From the NCBI GenBank assembly GCA_038240665.1, contig JBBRGN010000001.1, positions 1,341 to 65,340 on the forward strand: a stretch of 64,000 nt of DNA, read 5' to 3'. Below are positions 17,768 through 27,608 of the stretch, piece after piece. The position numbers and the translations under genes were made by a program. Source of the DNA: Chitinophagales bacterium. Its GTDB lineage: Bacteria; Bacteroidota; Bacteroidia; Chitinophagales; Saprospiraceae. The notes under the pieces were generated by a model that did not search any database, was not told where the DNA came from, and saw only the letters and a list, made by a program, of their open reading frames with translations. How positions within the stretch are numbered: the first letter of the stretch is position 1; the number at the start of each line of letters is the position of its first letter.

Positions 17768-19249
17768 ATGAAAAACGGTTTCTTTGGTCACCCTGTTGGG
17801 TTGTCTACCTTGTTTTTTACAGAGATGTGGGAGCGATTTTCCTACTACGGGATGCGCGCCATCCTTATTCTGTTCATGACCACCCCTGCAGCTCAGGAAG
17901 GCATGGGCATGGTCAATTCTGAAGCTTCAGCGGTGTATGGCTTGTATACTGCCGGCGTTTATCTACTTACCCTACCTGGTGGTTGGCTGGCGGATAATAT
18001 ATTTGGTCAACGACGCGCCATTTGGTACGGAGGGATTTTGATCATGATCGGTCACTTGCTGTTGGCAATACCCGGCGTAAATGGCATCTTTTTCCTCGGC
18101 CTGGTATTCGTATCGATGGGTACTGGTTTGCTCAAACCCAACATCAGCGCTATTGTTGGTGATCTGTATCCGGAAGGCGGCGCACGCCGAGACTCAGGAT
18201 TCTCTATTTTTTACATGGGCATCAACTTAGGAAGTTTCATTGGGCAATTGGCGGTAGCTTATGTTGCTGAAAAATACAACTGGCATTTGGGATTTGGCTT
18301 AGCCGCCATCGGTATGTTCCTGGGTTTGGTACAATTTAGGCTTACCCAAGGCAACCTAGGCGATCTTGGATTGACGCCAAAAGTGAAAGAAAAAACCGAT
18401 GGTCCGGTCAATAATACCAATCGCAATCTATCATTGGCATTGGCAGTTACACTACTTGCATTTTTGGCTTTATTGCAGGCTACCCAGGTAATTGATGTTT
18501 TCACGGCGCAGGGTTTGGCCAAAGCCATGGGCGTAGTGATCGTTACGGTCACCTTGTTTTACTTTCTGTTTATCTTGATTGCTGGTGGGCTTGATCCTGT
18601 TGAGCGGCGTCGGGTATACGTGATTTTCTTTTTGTTTGTGGGCGCAGCTTTATTTTGGGCCGGTTTTGAACAAGCAGGTTCTTCGCTTAATCTTTTTGCC
18701 CGCGATTACACCAACCGCACTTACTTCGGCTGGGTGATGCCAGCAGGATGGTTCCAAAGCGTCAATTCTTCGGTGATCATCGTATTTGCGCCCGTCATTG
18801 GTGCCCTTTGGGTCAAATTGGCCTCCAAGAATTTGAATCCCAAAACGCCCATTAAATTCGGTATTGGTTTGATTCTGATGGCCGTGGGTTTTATGGTGAT
18901 GTATTATGCCGCAAAATTGGCGGTGACCAATGGCAAAGTAGGCAGCATCTGGTTGATTTGCGCCTATTTCTTTCACTCCATTGGCGAATTGACATTGAGT
19001 CCGGTAGGTTTAAGTGCAACCACCAAATTAGCCCCCAAGCGATTCTTGGGTCAGTTGATGGGCATCTGGTTTGTTGGTGCTTCTTTGGGCAACCTGATCG
19101 CTGGTTTGTTTGCGAGCGGCATCGAACCATCCGACGCTACTCAATTGCCTGGCTTGTTTTGGTCGGTCGTTGTTTTTGGCGGGATAGCGGGTTTGTTCTT
19201 TATCCTGTTTAGCCCGGTATTGCAAAAATGGACGGGAGATATCAAGTAA
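17768..19249 (+). CDS. POT/PTR family proton-dependent oligopeptide transporter
   Basis: FFTEMWERFSYYGMR, GGWLAD, GTGLLKPN, FSIFYMGINLG, WFQSVN, ELTLSPVGLS. Confidence 0.95.
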   Translation: MKNGFFGHPVGLSTLFFTEMWERFSYYGMRAILILFMTTPAAQEGMGMVNSEASAVYGLYTAGVYLLTLPGGWLADNIFGQRRAIWYGGILIMIGHLLLAIPGVNGIFFLGLVFVSMGTGLLKPNISAIVGDLYPEGGARRDSGFSIFYMGINLGSFIGQLAVAYVAEKYNWHLGFGLAAIGMFLGLVQFRLTQGNLGDLGLTPKVKEKTDGPVNNTNRNLSLALAVTLLAFLALLQATQVIDVFTAQGLAKAMGVVIVTVTLFYFLFILIAGGLDPVERRRVYVIFFLFVGAALFWAGFEQAGSSLNLFARDYTNRTYFGWVMPAGWFQSVNSSVIIVFAPVIGALWVKLASKNLNPKTPIKFGIGLILMAVGFMVMYYAAKLAVTNGKVGSIWLICAYFFHSIGELTLSPVGLSATTKLAPKRFLGQLMGIWFVGASLGNLIAGLFASGIEPSDATQLPGLFWSVVVFGGIAGLFFILFSPVLQKWTGDIK

Positions 19250-19262
19250 GGAATGAGTCAAT

Positions 19263-19306
19263 AAAAAAAGCCCCCATGCACTACTTGCGCATGGTGGCTT
19301 TTTTTT
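19263..19306. terminator. Bidirectional terminator between convergent genes
   Basis: AAAAAAAGCC-CCCATGC...GCATGG-TGGCTTTTTTTT. Confidence 0.75.
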
Positions 19307-19319
19307 ATCCTTTTAGCGA

Positions 19320-20681
19320 TTAGGGTTTTGGAAGGTTCCTTCGATTGACCCAAACATCAAGAGTAGGGCAGCCTTGGATTTCGCTATCAAATGATACAAA
19401 GGTTTTTCCAATACGATCCGTTACCCAACGGTTGATGGTTTCATTGCGTTTTGATTCGATGGCAGCCTTTTGAATTTTGGAATAATCCAGTGCCAAGCTA
19501 GCCCGGTGTGGAGGAGTTCGGGTTTGCAACTGGATCAATCGGTAATAGATGTCACCGGCTGGGTCGGTATATTCTACTGGTTTGGAGATGTGCCCCATCT
19601 TCATGGTATCGACAGTAAAATAGATATCTGGATCCAAGTCGCCGGTTTCAAAAAAAGTATTACCGGAAGAAGGGTTTACCATGCGGCCGTCGTTGTTGTG
19701 GCTTTGAGCTTCTTTATGACCAAAGCGCTTTACGGCCAAAGAAAACGATGTGGAATCATGGACGATGAGCAAACGCACGGAGTCCAGAAAATGTCGAGCG
19801 ACAGCAAGGTCTTCATCCGTTACTTCGGGTCGGATAAGGATGTGCCGAACATGGATGGAGTTACCCCTTCGTCCAAGCATCTGGATGATGTGAAAACCAA
19901 ATTGCGTCTCAAAAACTGGAGAGATCTCCAGATCTTGCAATTTATAAGCTGCTGCTTCAAAATCCGAAACATATTTTCCGCGTTTGGCCCAACCTAAATC
20001 GCCGCCAGCTCTGGCAGATCCATCATCAGAAAATTTTTGAGCCAGTGCTGCAAAATCCTCCCCACCTTCAGCAATCCGTTTGCGGATGTCGTCTAATTTG
20101 CCGATGGTAAGGCGTTTTTGTTCCTTGTTGATGACCGGTTTGTAGACAATTTCACCGATTTCTACTTCCGAGTTAAAATAAGGCAAACTGTCTTTGGGTA
20201 TTTTTTGAAAAAATACGCGTACTTCGGAGGGTGTCACCGTGATCTTATCCATGATTTGGGCGCGTATTTTTTCTACCAACAATTGCGCCTTGAGTTCCTG
20301 GCGAAACTGTTCTTTTACGGCGCTTACTTGCTGGCCGTAGTAGTCCTCAAACTGCTTAAGGTCGCCGTTCATGTAGCCTAGAATCTTTTCGATACGAGCG
20401 TTGAGTTGGGTTTCAACATCTTCGTCTTTCACCTCGATACTGTCCAGTTTCGCTTGATTAAGCAGCATTTTGTTGACCATGAGCTGTTCCATAATGCCAC
20501 AACGGGCGTTGGGCGGCAGTACACCGCCACGTTGCGACTTGGTATAGGAAACTTGTTCCTCTACTTCGGAAAGCAGCACCATTTCACCGCCAACGGTCAC
20601 CACAACCTTGTCAAGCATTTCTTTTTGGGCAAAAAGTGCAGCCACAAAAAGTAAAAAAATGGATGTAAGCAGGTATTTCAT
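19320..20681 (-). CDS. surA: SurA-like parvulin peptidyl-prolyl isomerase
   Basis: Signal peptide, SurA N-domain, FAALAQKFSDD..GGDLGW, ETQFGFHII. Confidence 0.88.
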   Translation of the reverse strand: MKYLLTSIFLLFVAALFAQKEMLDKVVVTVGGEMVLLSEVEEQVSYTKSQRGGVLPPNARCGIMEQLMVNKMLLNQAKLDSIEVKDEDVETQLNARIEKILGYMNGDLKQFEDYYGQQVSAVKEQFRQELKAQLLVEKIRAQIMDKITVTPSEVRVFFQKIPKDSLPYFNSEVEIGEIVYKPVINKEQKRLTIGKLDDIRKRIAEGGEDFAALAQKFSDDGSARAGGDLGWAKRGKYVSDFEAAAYKLQDLEISPVFETQFGFHIIQMLGRRGNSIHVRHILIRPEVTDEDLAVARHFLDSVRLLIVHDSTSFSLAVKRFGHKEAQSHNNDGRMVNPSSGNTFFETGDLDPDIYFTVDTMKMGHISKPVEYTDPAGDIYYRLIQLQTRTPPHRASLALDYSKIQKAAIESKRNETINRWVTDRIGKTFVSFDSEIQGCPTLDVWVNRRNLPKP

Positions 20682-20762
20682 AACACTTCTTTCTTTTGAT
20701 CGAGCCTGGTACTAAAGTTGTTGCAATAGCATCAAAACTCGATTGGCCCTTGCCGATAACAT

Positions 20763-21620
20763 TCAATATAATTTCACATCGTTTTTTCGCAAACCCAGCT
20801 CAAATAGATCTTCGCGTTTTTGCTCCAGCACTTTAATTTTGCGGGAGTGGAGGATAAATTTGCGTGCTTGCTCTTCGATGTACCCCAATGGGGCAATTTC
20901 TTTGCGATTTTTCAACTCCAACAAGCGGAAATAATACACATATTGGCCATCCGTTTGTCGAAATTCTCTTTTTGAGCTGACATTATCGGCGGTTAAGGTG
21001 CTTTTAGGCAACACCGCCGCAATGTCGTCTACCGTATACCAGGTACTGTCCCTCAACCGTTGTGCAACCGCAAATCGGTTGCAATACTGTTTGAGTTTTT
21101 GGAAGTTTTTGCCTCGCGGCGCGCTCCAAAAGCGGATCAAGCTATCGGTTTTGGGTACTGGTATCGGGAGTTTGATGAAAAAACAGCGTAAGATAGGGCG
21201 TTCCAATTGGTATTGCTCCTTGTTTTTTTCATAAAACTCCTGTAACTCCCCTTTGGTGATCGTCGAGTCCAAAAGTTGCTCTACCACTACCTGTTCGTAG
21301 CTGTTGCGGATCAAAGAAGCTCGATAATCCCGCACCAGTTTATCGATATTCAAATCTTTGGGCAGGTGGCGTTCTGCTTCATACAGCAACAACGCTTCGC
21401 GTACCCAACGATTGACATAAGCCTGTACAATGAGGGAGCTATCGCCTTGCGGAATACCCTCCGGAAACATGCCTTCCATCTCAGAGATGTACAGGGTTCG
21501 GTCGTGAACTCGGGCTAAGAGTCGATCTTTGGGCGTTTTACTGGATAAGTTTTCACACCCAACAAATGCGATCAGCGCCAAGAACAAAAGATACCATTCT
21601 ATTCGCTTTATCCCTTTCAA
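20763..21620 (-). CDS. Lipoprotein, PPIase/SurA N-terminal-like chaperone
   Basis: Lipobox FVGC; LARVHDRTLY, YVNRWV, DYRASL; middle gene of the Bacteroidota PPIase trio. Confidence 0.75.
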   Translation of the reverse strand: MKGIKRIEWYLLFLALIAFVGCENLSSKTPKDRLLARVHDRTLYISEMEGMFPEGIPQGDSSLIVQAYVNRWVREALLLYEAERHLPKDLNIDKLVRDYRASLIRNSYEQVVVEQLLDSTITKGELQEFYEKNKEQYQLERPILRCFFIKLPIPVPKTDSLIRFWSAPRGKNFQKLKQYCNRFAVAQRLRDSTWYTVDDIAAVLPKSTLTADNVSSKREFRQTDGQYVYYFRLLELKNRKEIAPLGYIEEQARKFILHSRKIKVLEQKREDLFELGLRKNDVKLY

Positions 21621-21626
21621 AGGCCG

Positions 21627-23603
21627 CTATTGTTTTTTCACTAAACCCTCAAAGGCTGCCTTTTCAATCTTTACTGGATATTGCTTGCGTAAGGATTCTA
21701 CCCACTGTCCTTCCAAATAATCTTGGTAATCAGCAATGATGTATCCTCTAGCTTCATTCAATGCTTTATCTTGTTCGGGTATGATTTTCTCAATCTTCCG
21801 AAAGGAAAATTCATTGACCTTGGTATCCAGTTTAGCTGGCGATACTTCCCCTACTTTCCATTCTTGGAAAGACAAAGCCTCGGCAGTTTTCCCTTTTTCA
21901 AGAAATTCTTCAGTAGCACGTATACCCACGCTATCGGCATTATTGAACCTAGAAAGTACTGCTCCCGCATCATTTTTGCGGCTGTAATTCCTAATCGGTT
22001 CAATGAGGTTTTTATTGCCGCCATCTACATAGTAAGCAGTGATTACTGCGCGCTCTTCCCACTTATATTTGCCTTTGATGGTTTTGAAAAAGTTTTTCAA
22101 GCCCAAAGTATCTTGAGAAGCTTTGTCCCACACATTGATCCGAGTGGCTTCAAAAAGTAAAATACCTTCTTCGTACTCGCGAATCAATGATTTAAATTCT
22201 GGGTATTTTGAATCCAGCTGTTTTTCTTCATAGCGCAAACAAACATCGTCGATGTATTCTTTGTACAAGGCTTCAATGGCTTCGCTTACCGGAGTTTCTT
22301 TACCCATGCGTAAGCGCTGGCGCGAAGAGCGGCTGAGAAAATCAGTGAAATCACCCAACGTATATTTTGCTTTCCCCAAATTAAAAATCAAGACTTCTGA
22401 TTTTGGTTCTGGAGCATGCCAACGGAAAGTAAAGAAAGTATCGGTAAGTGTTTTAGCATATTTAGCTACTACGCCAGGTACTTCTTTAAAACCGTTGATG
22501 CGCTTGATGTCATCAATCATGGCAACCCGGGCCATATCAAAACGAGCATCCCTTTTGATGCGCGCTTCTAACTGACTCTTGGCCATCTCAAATGGTTGTA
22601 TTTCTTTCTTACTGATCCGCTTAAGAATGTGCCAACCTACGCTGGTTTCGAAAGGTTTTGAATAATCTCCATCCTTTTCGACGCTGAAGGCCGCATCTTC
22701 AAAAGGTTGTTCAAAACGATTGATGCTTACAAAACCAACATAACCGGCTTTTGAGGCCGACCGGCTGTCTTCGGATTTCGTTTCAGCCAGTTGTTCAAAT
22801 GGGGTACCTCTTTTCAAGTTGCTGTACAAGCTATCAATACGAACTTTTACAATACTTGGATCAACGTCTTTGGTACGCAATAGAATATGCGCTACTTCTA
22901 CCTCTCCTCGGGCAGGACGACGGGAAAGCACTTTAAGCAAATGATACCCAGCAGTGGTACGAATAGGCATGGACACTAGTCCGAGAGCTTGACCGTAGGC
23001 TGCGGTTTCTAAGCGGTAAAAACCATTGGGGAACAACGCAGTAAGGTAACCAATATGACCGCCATTGTCGGTGGCGGAGCGATCTTCCGAAGCTTCGCGC
23101 GCTACCGTCCCAAAATCTTCACCTTTAAGAATACGGCTGCGCAGCAACATAATTTTATTGTACGCCACAATGGTGTCTTCCCCTTTTGCTTCTGGCGTTA
23201 AAATCACCAAAATATGGCTCAGATCAACATCCTGTTTGGAACGTTCGTACACTTCATTGGTAAGCCGCTCGGTCACCTGTTTGTTCATCAAATAGGAATC
23301 AGCCAATTGGCGGCGGTAGCCATCCAATTCTTCTTTTAGCGCTTCGAGGGTATCCAAGCGCATGTCTTTGGCCTTTTTGACCTTCAGTTTGAACTTGACG
23401 TACAAGTCCAAATACTCTTGTAGGGATGCACGTGAAAAATCGGCCGTTTTTCCATTCGTTTTGGAATAGATGTATTTAAACTCTGAAGTCCGTACCGGAA
23501 CATCAGCTACGGTAAACAAGACTGGGTCGTTATTGTCCTGAGCCTGTACCAGTGGCAACGCCAAAAAGATCCAGGAAAGAACCAGTAGCATTCTCTTTGC
23601 CAT
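21627..23603 (-). CDS. Peptidyl-prolyl cis-trans isomerase with two parvulin domains
   Basis: Signal peptide; SHIL/AHIL, SED..GG.IG, T..GYH/GWHI; EYEEGILLF. Confidence 0.92.
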   Translation of the reverse strand: MAKRMLLVLSWIFLALPLVQAQDNNDPVLFTVADVPVRTSEFKYIYSKTNGKTADFSRASLQEYLDLYVKFKLKVKKAKDMRLDTLEALKEELDGYRRQLADSYLMNKQVTERLTNEVYERSKQDVDLSHILVILTPEAKGEDTIVAYNKIMLLRSRILKGEDFGTVAREASEDRSATDNGGHIGYLTALFPNGFYRLETAAYGQALGLVSMPIRTTAGYHLLKVLSRRPARGEVEVAHILLRTKDVDPSIVKVRIDSLYSNLKRGTPFEQLAETKSEDSRSASKAGYVGFVSINRFEQPFEDAAFSVEKDGDYSKPFETSVGWHILKRISKKEIQPFEMAKSQLEARIKRDARFDMARVAMIDDIKRINGFKEVPGVVAKYAKTLTDTFFTFRWHAPEPKSEVLIFNLGKAKYTLGDFTDFLSRSSRQRLRMGKETPVSEAIEALYKEYIDDVCLRYEEKQLDSKYPEFKSLIREYEEGILLFEATRINVWDKASQDTLGLKNFFKTIKGKYKWEERAVITAYYVDGGNKNLIEPIRNYSRKNDAGAVLSRFNNADSVGIRATEEFLEKGKTAEALSFQEWKVGEVSPAKLDTKVNEFSFRKIEKIIPEQDKALNEARGYIIADYQDYLEGQWVESLRKQYPVKIEKAAFEGLVKKQ

Positions 23604-23713
23604 GGGTGGTTATAATTGGTTTAACAAACGTTTTTTATACTGCTCTTGCGCCTCAAACTTAATCTGAGAGCAACTAATTTCTTTCGTGTTTGGCCTTTTT
23701 TCATAAGGCCCCG

Positions 23714-23721
23714 CAAAATTA
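23714..23721 (-). promoter_or_regulatory. -7 promoter element for the PPIase operon
   Basis: TAATTTTG on the minus strand upstream of 23603. Confidence 0.5.
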
Positions 23722-23726
23722 GCAAT

Positions 23727-26195
23727 TTATTCCTGTACATAGACTCTTTTTACCCGCGGAGCTATTCCGGTAAAAAGCTCGTAAGGTATGGTTCCAGAAG
23801 CTTCGGCTAAAAGTTCGATCGGAGGCTCTTTCCCAAAAATGGTTACCGAATCTCCTTCCACAGCTTCCGGGATATGCGTTACGTCAATCATGCACATATC
23901 CATACAAACTCCGCCAAGAATAGGCGCCAATTGATCCTGTACTTTCACCTTGAATCTACCATTGCCCGCAGCTCGCGGCAAACCATCGGCATAACCAACG
24001 GAAATGGTGGCGCTGCGCAAAGGTTTTTCAGCTTTGGCTCTTCGGCCATAACCGATCGTTTCGCCCGGTGCGATGTCCTTAATTTGGGAAATGGTGGCAT
24101 GTAGACTAAAAACAACCTCAAGTGGTTCAGGTAGGGTATTGCTGACATCAATCCCATACAAACCAATGCCCAAACGCACCATATCCATCTGGTATTGTGG
24201 AAAACGGGTAATGCCGTTGGAATTGAGTAAATGACGGATGGGGCGGTATCCCAAAACGGCAATGAGGCGTTCGTAAGCTTGATGAAAACGCCTGGCTTGC
24301 TCGTGGGTAAAGTCATCGTGCTGGGGGTCTTCACTGGCTGCCAAATGGGAAAAAACGGTACGCACTTCTAAAGCTGGTCGTTGTCGCAAAAAATCACAAA
24401 GCGGCTCGATTTCATGTTGATCAAACCCTAGCCGATGCATACCGGTATCGATGCTTAAATGAATGGGTAAATTGGCCTGGCGGTGAGCCAGAAAATCCGT
24501 CAGCTCCCGCAGCTGTCGAATGCTGTAAACCTTGGGTTCCAACTGATAGCGAAGCAATTGTTCAAAAGAGGCTGGTTCGGGGTTGAGTACCAAAATGGGG
24601 GTAAGGATCCCCGCTTCGCGTAATTCTGCACCTTCATCGGCATAAGCGACGCAAAAATAATCGGTGCGCAATAACTCCAACAAACGCGCTACTTCCTTAC
24701 TGCCAGCGCCATAAGCGGAGGCTTTGACCATCGCCATCAGCCGTACGCCTGGCTGCAATGCCCGCGAATAGGCGCGAAGGTTGTGAGACAAGGCCGTTAG
24801 ATTGATTTCCAAAACCGTTTGGTGGACTTGTCGCGACAATACATCGGCCACGCGTTCTAAACCAAAAGTACGCGCTCCTTTGAGCAAAATGGCTTCATAG
24901 GCAAAATCTAGCGCCGGTAAGGCCTGTATGAGTGCATCGGTATGTTCAAAATAATGTTGTCGGATTGTAGTGGGTAAAATCTGCTGCAACAATACCGCTT
25001 CTTTACCGACCCCAATGACCCGCTGAATGTCCTGTTGTTGGATTAAGGCACCAATTTTCTGGAACAATACCTCCGGTAGTTCGCCGCTTTGTAGGATATC
25101 GGTAATGATGAGGGTTTGTGACCGGTCTTGGGCATGTTGGTTCAAAAACTGTAAAGCCAGTTTTAGCGAGGTGATGTCGGCGCTGTAACTGTCGTTGATC
25201 AGCACACAGTCTCGACCTCCTTCTTTGAGCTCCAAACGCATGGCCACTGGTTCAAGCCGCAACATCCGCTCCTGGATCTGAATGGCGTCAACCTTAAGAA
25301 ACAACATTACAGCCCAACAATGAATGGCGTTTTCGATGGAAATGGCATCGGAAAAAGGCAAGGTGATTTGACAAGTTTCTCCTAAGTATTTTCCATTGAT
25401 CGTGCTGTGCTGACCACTTGTATGCTGGGAGAGAATGGATAAATCGGCTGGAAGGCCCTTTTTTGACCAAGAAAAAAGGGGTCTACCTAGTGCGCGAATA
25501 GCGGTGTATACCTGCTCATCGTCACGACAATAAATGATGCGTTTGCTGTTTTTGAACAACAATAATTTTTCTTGTAATTTTTGTGCTTCACTGGAAAATC
25601 CCTCCCGATGTGCTTCTCCAAAAGTGGTAAAAATGCCATAATCACAGTTGATGATGGCAGCCAAGGGCAGCATTTCTCCTGAATTGGAAATACCCGCCTC
25701 AAAAATGCCCAATTGATGTTTTTGTCCAATTTCCCAGACCGATAAGGGTACCCCCGCTTGTGAATTGTAGCTACGCGGGCTCCGCACAATGGCATAATCG
25801 GGATGCAACAACTGAAAAAGCCATTCTTTGACGATCGTTTTACCGTTGCTACCGGTGATGCCAATCACTGGCAATTGAAAGCGATGACGGTGATGTAGGG
25901 CTATTTGCTGTAAAGCTCCCACGGTATGAGGTACTTGCTCAAAATTGCCCAAAGGAAAAGCCGAAAAATCCACGGGTTCGGACACTACAAAATTTCTAAC
26001 CCCAGCATGATAACAAGCAGCTATGAAGTGATGGCCATTGTTGCGAATACCGGGAATGGCAAAAAAAAGCGCCAATTCCGGAAAAATGATCTGCCGACTG
26101 TCCAGCAGCAAATGTTCAATGGGCTGTCCTTCTGGGCTGCCATAGTGTGCTTGCCCCTGGGTGATGGCGGCGATCTCCGAAAGTCGGTATTGCAT
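23727..26195 (-). CDS. alr: Bifunctional MurF-like ligase / alanine racemase
   Basis: GITGSNGKT, SPRSYNSQ, INDSY, LLKGAR; MAMVKASAYGAG (PLP Lys), DTGMHRLGF, VGYADG, VCMDM. Confidence 0.95.
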   Translation of the reverse strand: MQYRLSEIAAITQGQAHYGSPEGQPIEHLLLDSRQIIFPELALFFAIPGIRNNGHHFIAACYHAGVRNFVVSEPVDFSAFPLGNFEQVPHTVGALQQIALHHRHRFQLPVIGITGSNGKTIVKEWLFQLLHPDYAIVRSPRSYNSQAGVPLSVWEIGQKHQLGIFEAGISNSGEMLPLAAIINCDYGIFTTFGEAHREGFSSEAQKLQEKLLLFKNSKRIIYCRDDEQVYTAIRALGRPLFSWSKKGLPADLSILSQHTSGQHSTINGKYLGETCQITLPFSDAISIENAIHCWAVMLFLKVDAIQIQERMLRLEPVAMRLELKEGGRDCVLINDSYSADITSLKLALQFLNQHAQDRSQTLIITDILQSGELPEVLFQKIGALIQQQDIQRVIGVGKEAVLLQQILPTTIRQHYFEHTDALIQALPALDFAYEAILLKGARTFGLERVADVLSRQVHQTVLEINLTALSHNLRAYSRALQPGVRLMAMVKASAYGAGSKEVARLLELLRTDYFCVAYADEGAELREAGILTPILVLNPEPASFEQLLRYQLEPKVYSIRQLRELTDFLAHRQANLPIHLSIDTGMHRLGFDQHEIEPLCDFLRQRPALEVRTVFSHLAASEDPQHDDFTHEQARRFHQAYERLIAVLGYRPIRHLLNSNGITRFPQYQMDMVRLGIGLYGIDVSNTLPEPLEVVFSLHATISQIKDIAPGETIGYGRRAKAEKPLRSATISVGYADGLPRAAGNGRFKVKVQDQLAPILGGVCMDMCMIDVTHIPEAVEGDSVTIFGKEPPIELLAEASGTIPYELFTGIAPRVKRVYVQE

Positions 26196-26242
26196 AGTTG
26201 TGTTTTGGAAAAGAAATGGAGTAGGCTCTTGGGAATGATTCC

Positions 26243-27514
26243 TTATTTCAAATCAAAACCCAAGTCGCTCCGAAAATATTTTCCTTCATATTCAATGCGC
26301 GTAGCATTTTGATTAGATGTATTCAAGGCTTCAGGGAAGGTAGCACCATAAGAAGTTATTGCCAATACCCTACCACCATTGGTAACAATCCCTGCCCCTG
26401 CTTGTTTGGAACCAGCATGAAAAATCAAACTTCCTTCCACTAAGTCCAAACCGGAAATGGCTTGGCCTTTTTCATAATCCCCCGGATAACCACCCGATAC
26501 CAATACTACCGTCGCCGCAGCACGGTGATCTTCTTGTATGGCGTGATGACTCAATTGGCCATCAAATAAAGACATGGATAGCGCTACCAAATCATTGGTC
26601 GTACGTGGAAGTACGACTTCGGTTTCAGGATCACCCATCCGACAATTGTACTCAATGACCAAAGGATCATTGCCTACTTTGATTAAGCCAAAAAATACAA
26701 ATCCCCGGTAGCGAATACCGCGCGTAGCTATGCCCTGAATGGTGGGTTTAATGATCCGCTCCTCTACTTTAGCCATCAAATCTGCATCTACAAAAGGCAG
26801 CGGCGAAATAGCGCCCATTCCGCCGGTGTTCAAACCCGTATCGCCTTCGCCAATGCGTTTGTAATCTTTGGCCACTGGAAGAATTTGATAGTTATGCCCA
26901 TCTGTAAGGGCAAAAACCGAAAATTCGATGCCTGATAAAAACTGTTCGATCACTACGGTTGAGCTGGCTGCTCCAAATTTTCCACCCAACATACTGCGCA
27001 ACTCGGCTTGGGCTTCGTCTACAGCGTCGAGGATCAGAACGCCTTTACCGGCAGCCAATCCATCCGCTTTGAGGACAAAAGGCGGTTGTTGGGTAGTCAA
27101 ATATGCCAATCCGTCTTCCAAAGTCTCGGCAGTAAACTCGCGGTAGCCAGCAGTAGGGATGCCAAATTCCTGCATAAAGGCTTTGGCAAAGGCTTTGCTT
27201 CCTTCTAAGCGAGCGCCCTCCGCTGAGGGGCCTACCACAGGAATATGTTGAAGCTCGGTATCCTGTTGAAAAAAATCTTCAATACCGCGTACCAAAGGTT
27301 CTTCCGGACCAACCAGCACGAGTCCAATATTTTTTTCCAGTACTAAATTTTTTACTGCCGGAAAATCATTGGGATCAACCGCCCAATTGATGCCTTCCAA
27401 AGCCGTCCCTGCATTGCCTGGAGCAATATACAATTCGTGGCAAAGCGGGCTTTGACGCATCTTCCAGGCCATACAGTGTTCCCGGCCTCCACTTCCCAAA
27501 ATCAGGATATTCAT
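26243..27514 (-). CDS. purD: Phosphoribosylamine--glycine ligase
   Basis: LGSGGREH, PGNAG, LEGSK, KADGLAAGKGV, DYKR.GEGDTGLNTGGMG, EYNCRMGDPE, GGRVL. Confidence 0.98.
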   Translation of the reverse strand: MNILILGSGGREHCMAWKMRQSPLCHELYIAPGNAGTALEGINWAVDPNDFPAVKNLVLEKNIGLVLVGPEEPLVRGIEDFFQQDTELQHIPVVGPSAEGARLEGSKAFAKAFMQEFGIPTAGYREFTAETLEDGLAYLTTQQPPFVLKADGLAAGKGVLILDAVDEAQAELRSMLGGKFGAASSTVVIEQFLSGIEFSVFALTDGHNYQILPVAKDYKRIGEGDTGLNTGGMGAISPLPFVDADLMAKVEERIIKPTIQGIATRGIRYRGFVFFGLIKVGNDPLVIEYNCRMGDPETEVVLPRTTNDLVALSMSLFDGQLSHHAIQEDHRAAATVVLVSGGYPGDYEKGQAISGLDLVEGSLIFHAGSKQAGAGIVTNGGRVLAITSYGATFPEALNTSNQNATRIEYEGKYFRSDLGFDLK

Positions 27515-27537
27515 CGGATTGAGTTTTTTTTGCGGGG

Positions 27538-27545
27538 CAAATATA
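27538..27545 (-). promoter_or_regulatory. -7 promoter element for purD
   Basis: TATATTTG on the minus strand, 23 nt upstream of ATG. Confidence 0.55.
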
Positions 27546-27608
27546 ATAGATAATCACCCAAATCTGTACCGAGATTCAACCATCCTATATTACAAGTGTT
27601 AACCTTAA

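Noticed and set aside
19470-19997. 175-aa ORF antisense to surA, and the many similar 60-160 aa overlapping ORFs in the track
   Set aside because: Shadow frames of well-supported genes with no recognisable motifs
23727-26195. MurF-Alr fusion as a novelty
   Set aside because: Well-known, widespread Bacteroidota architecture
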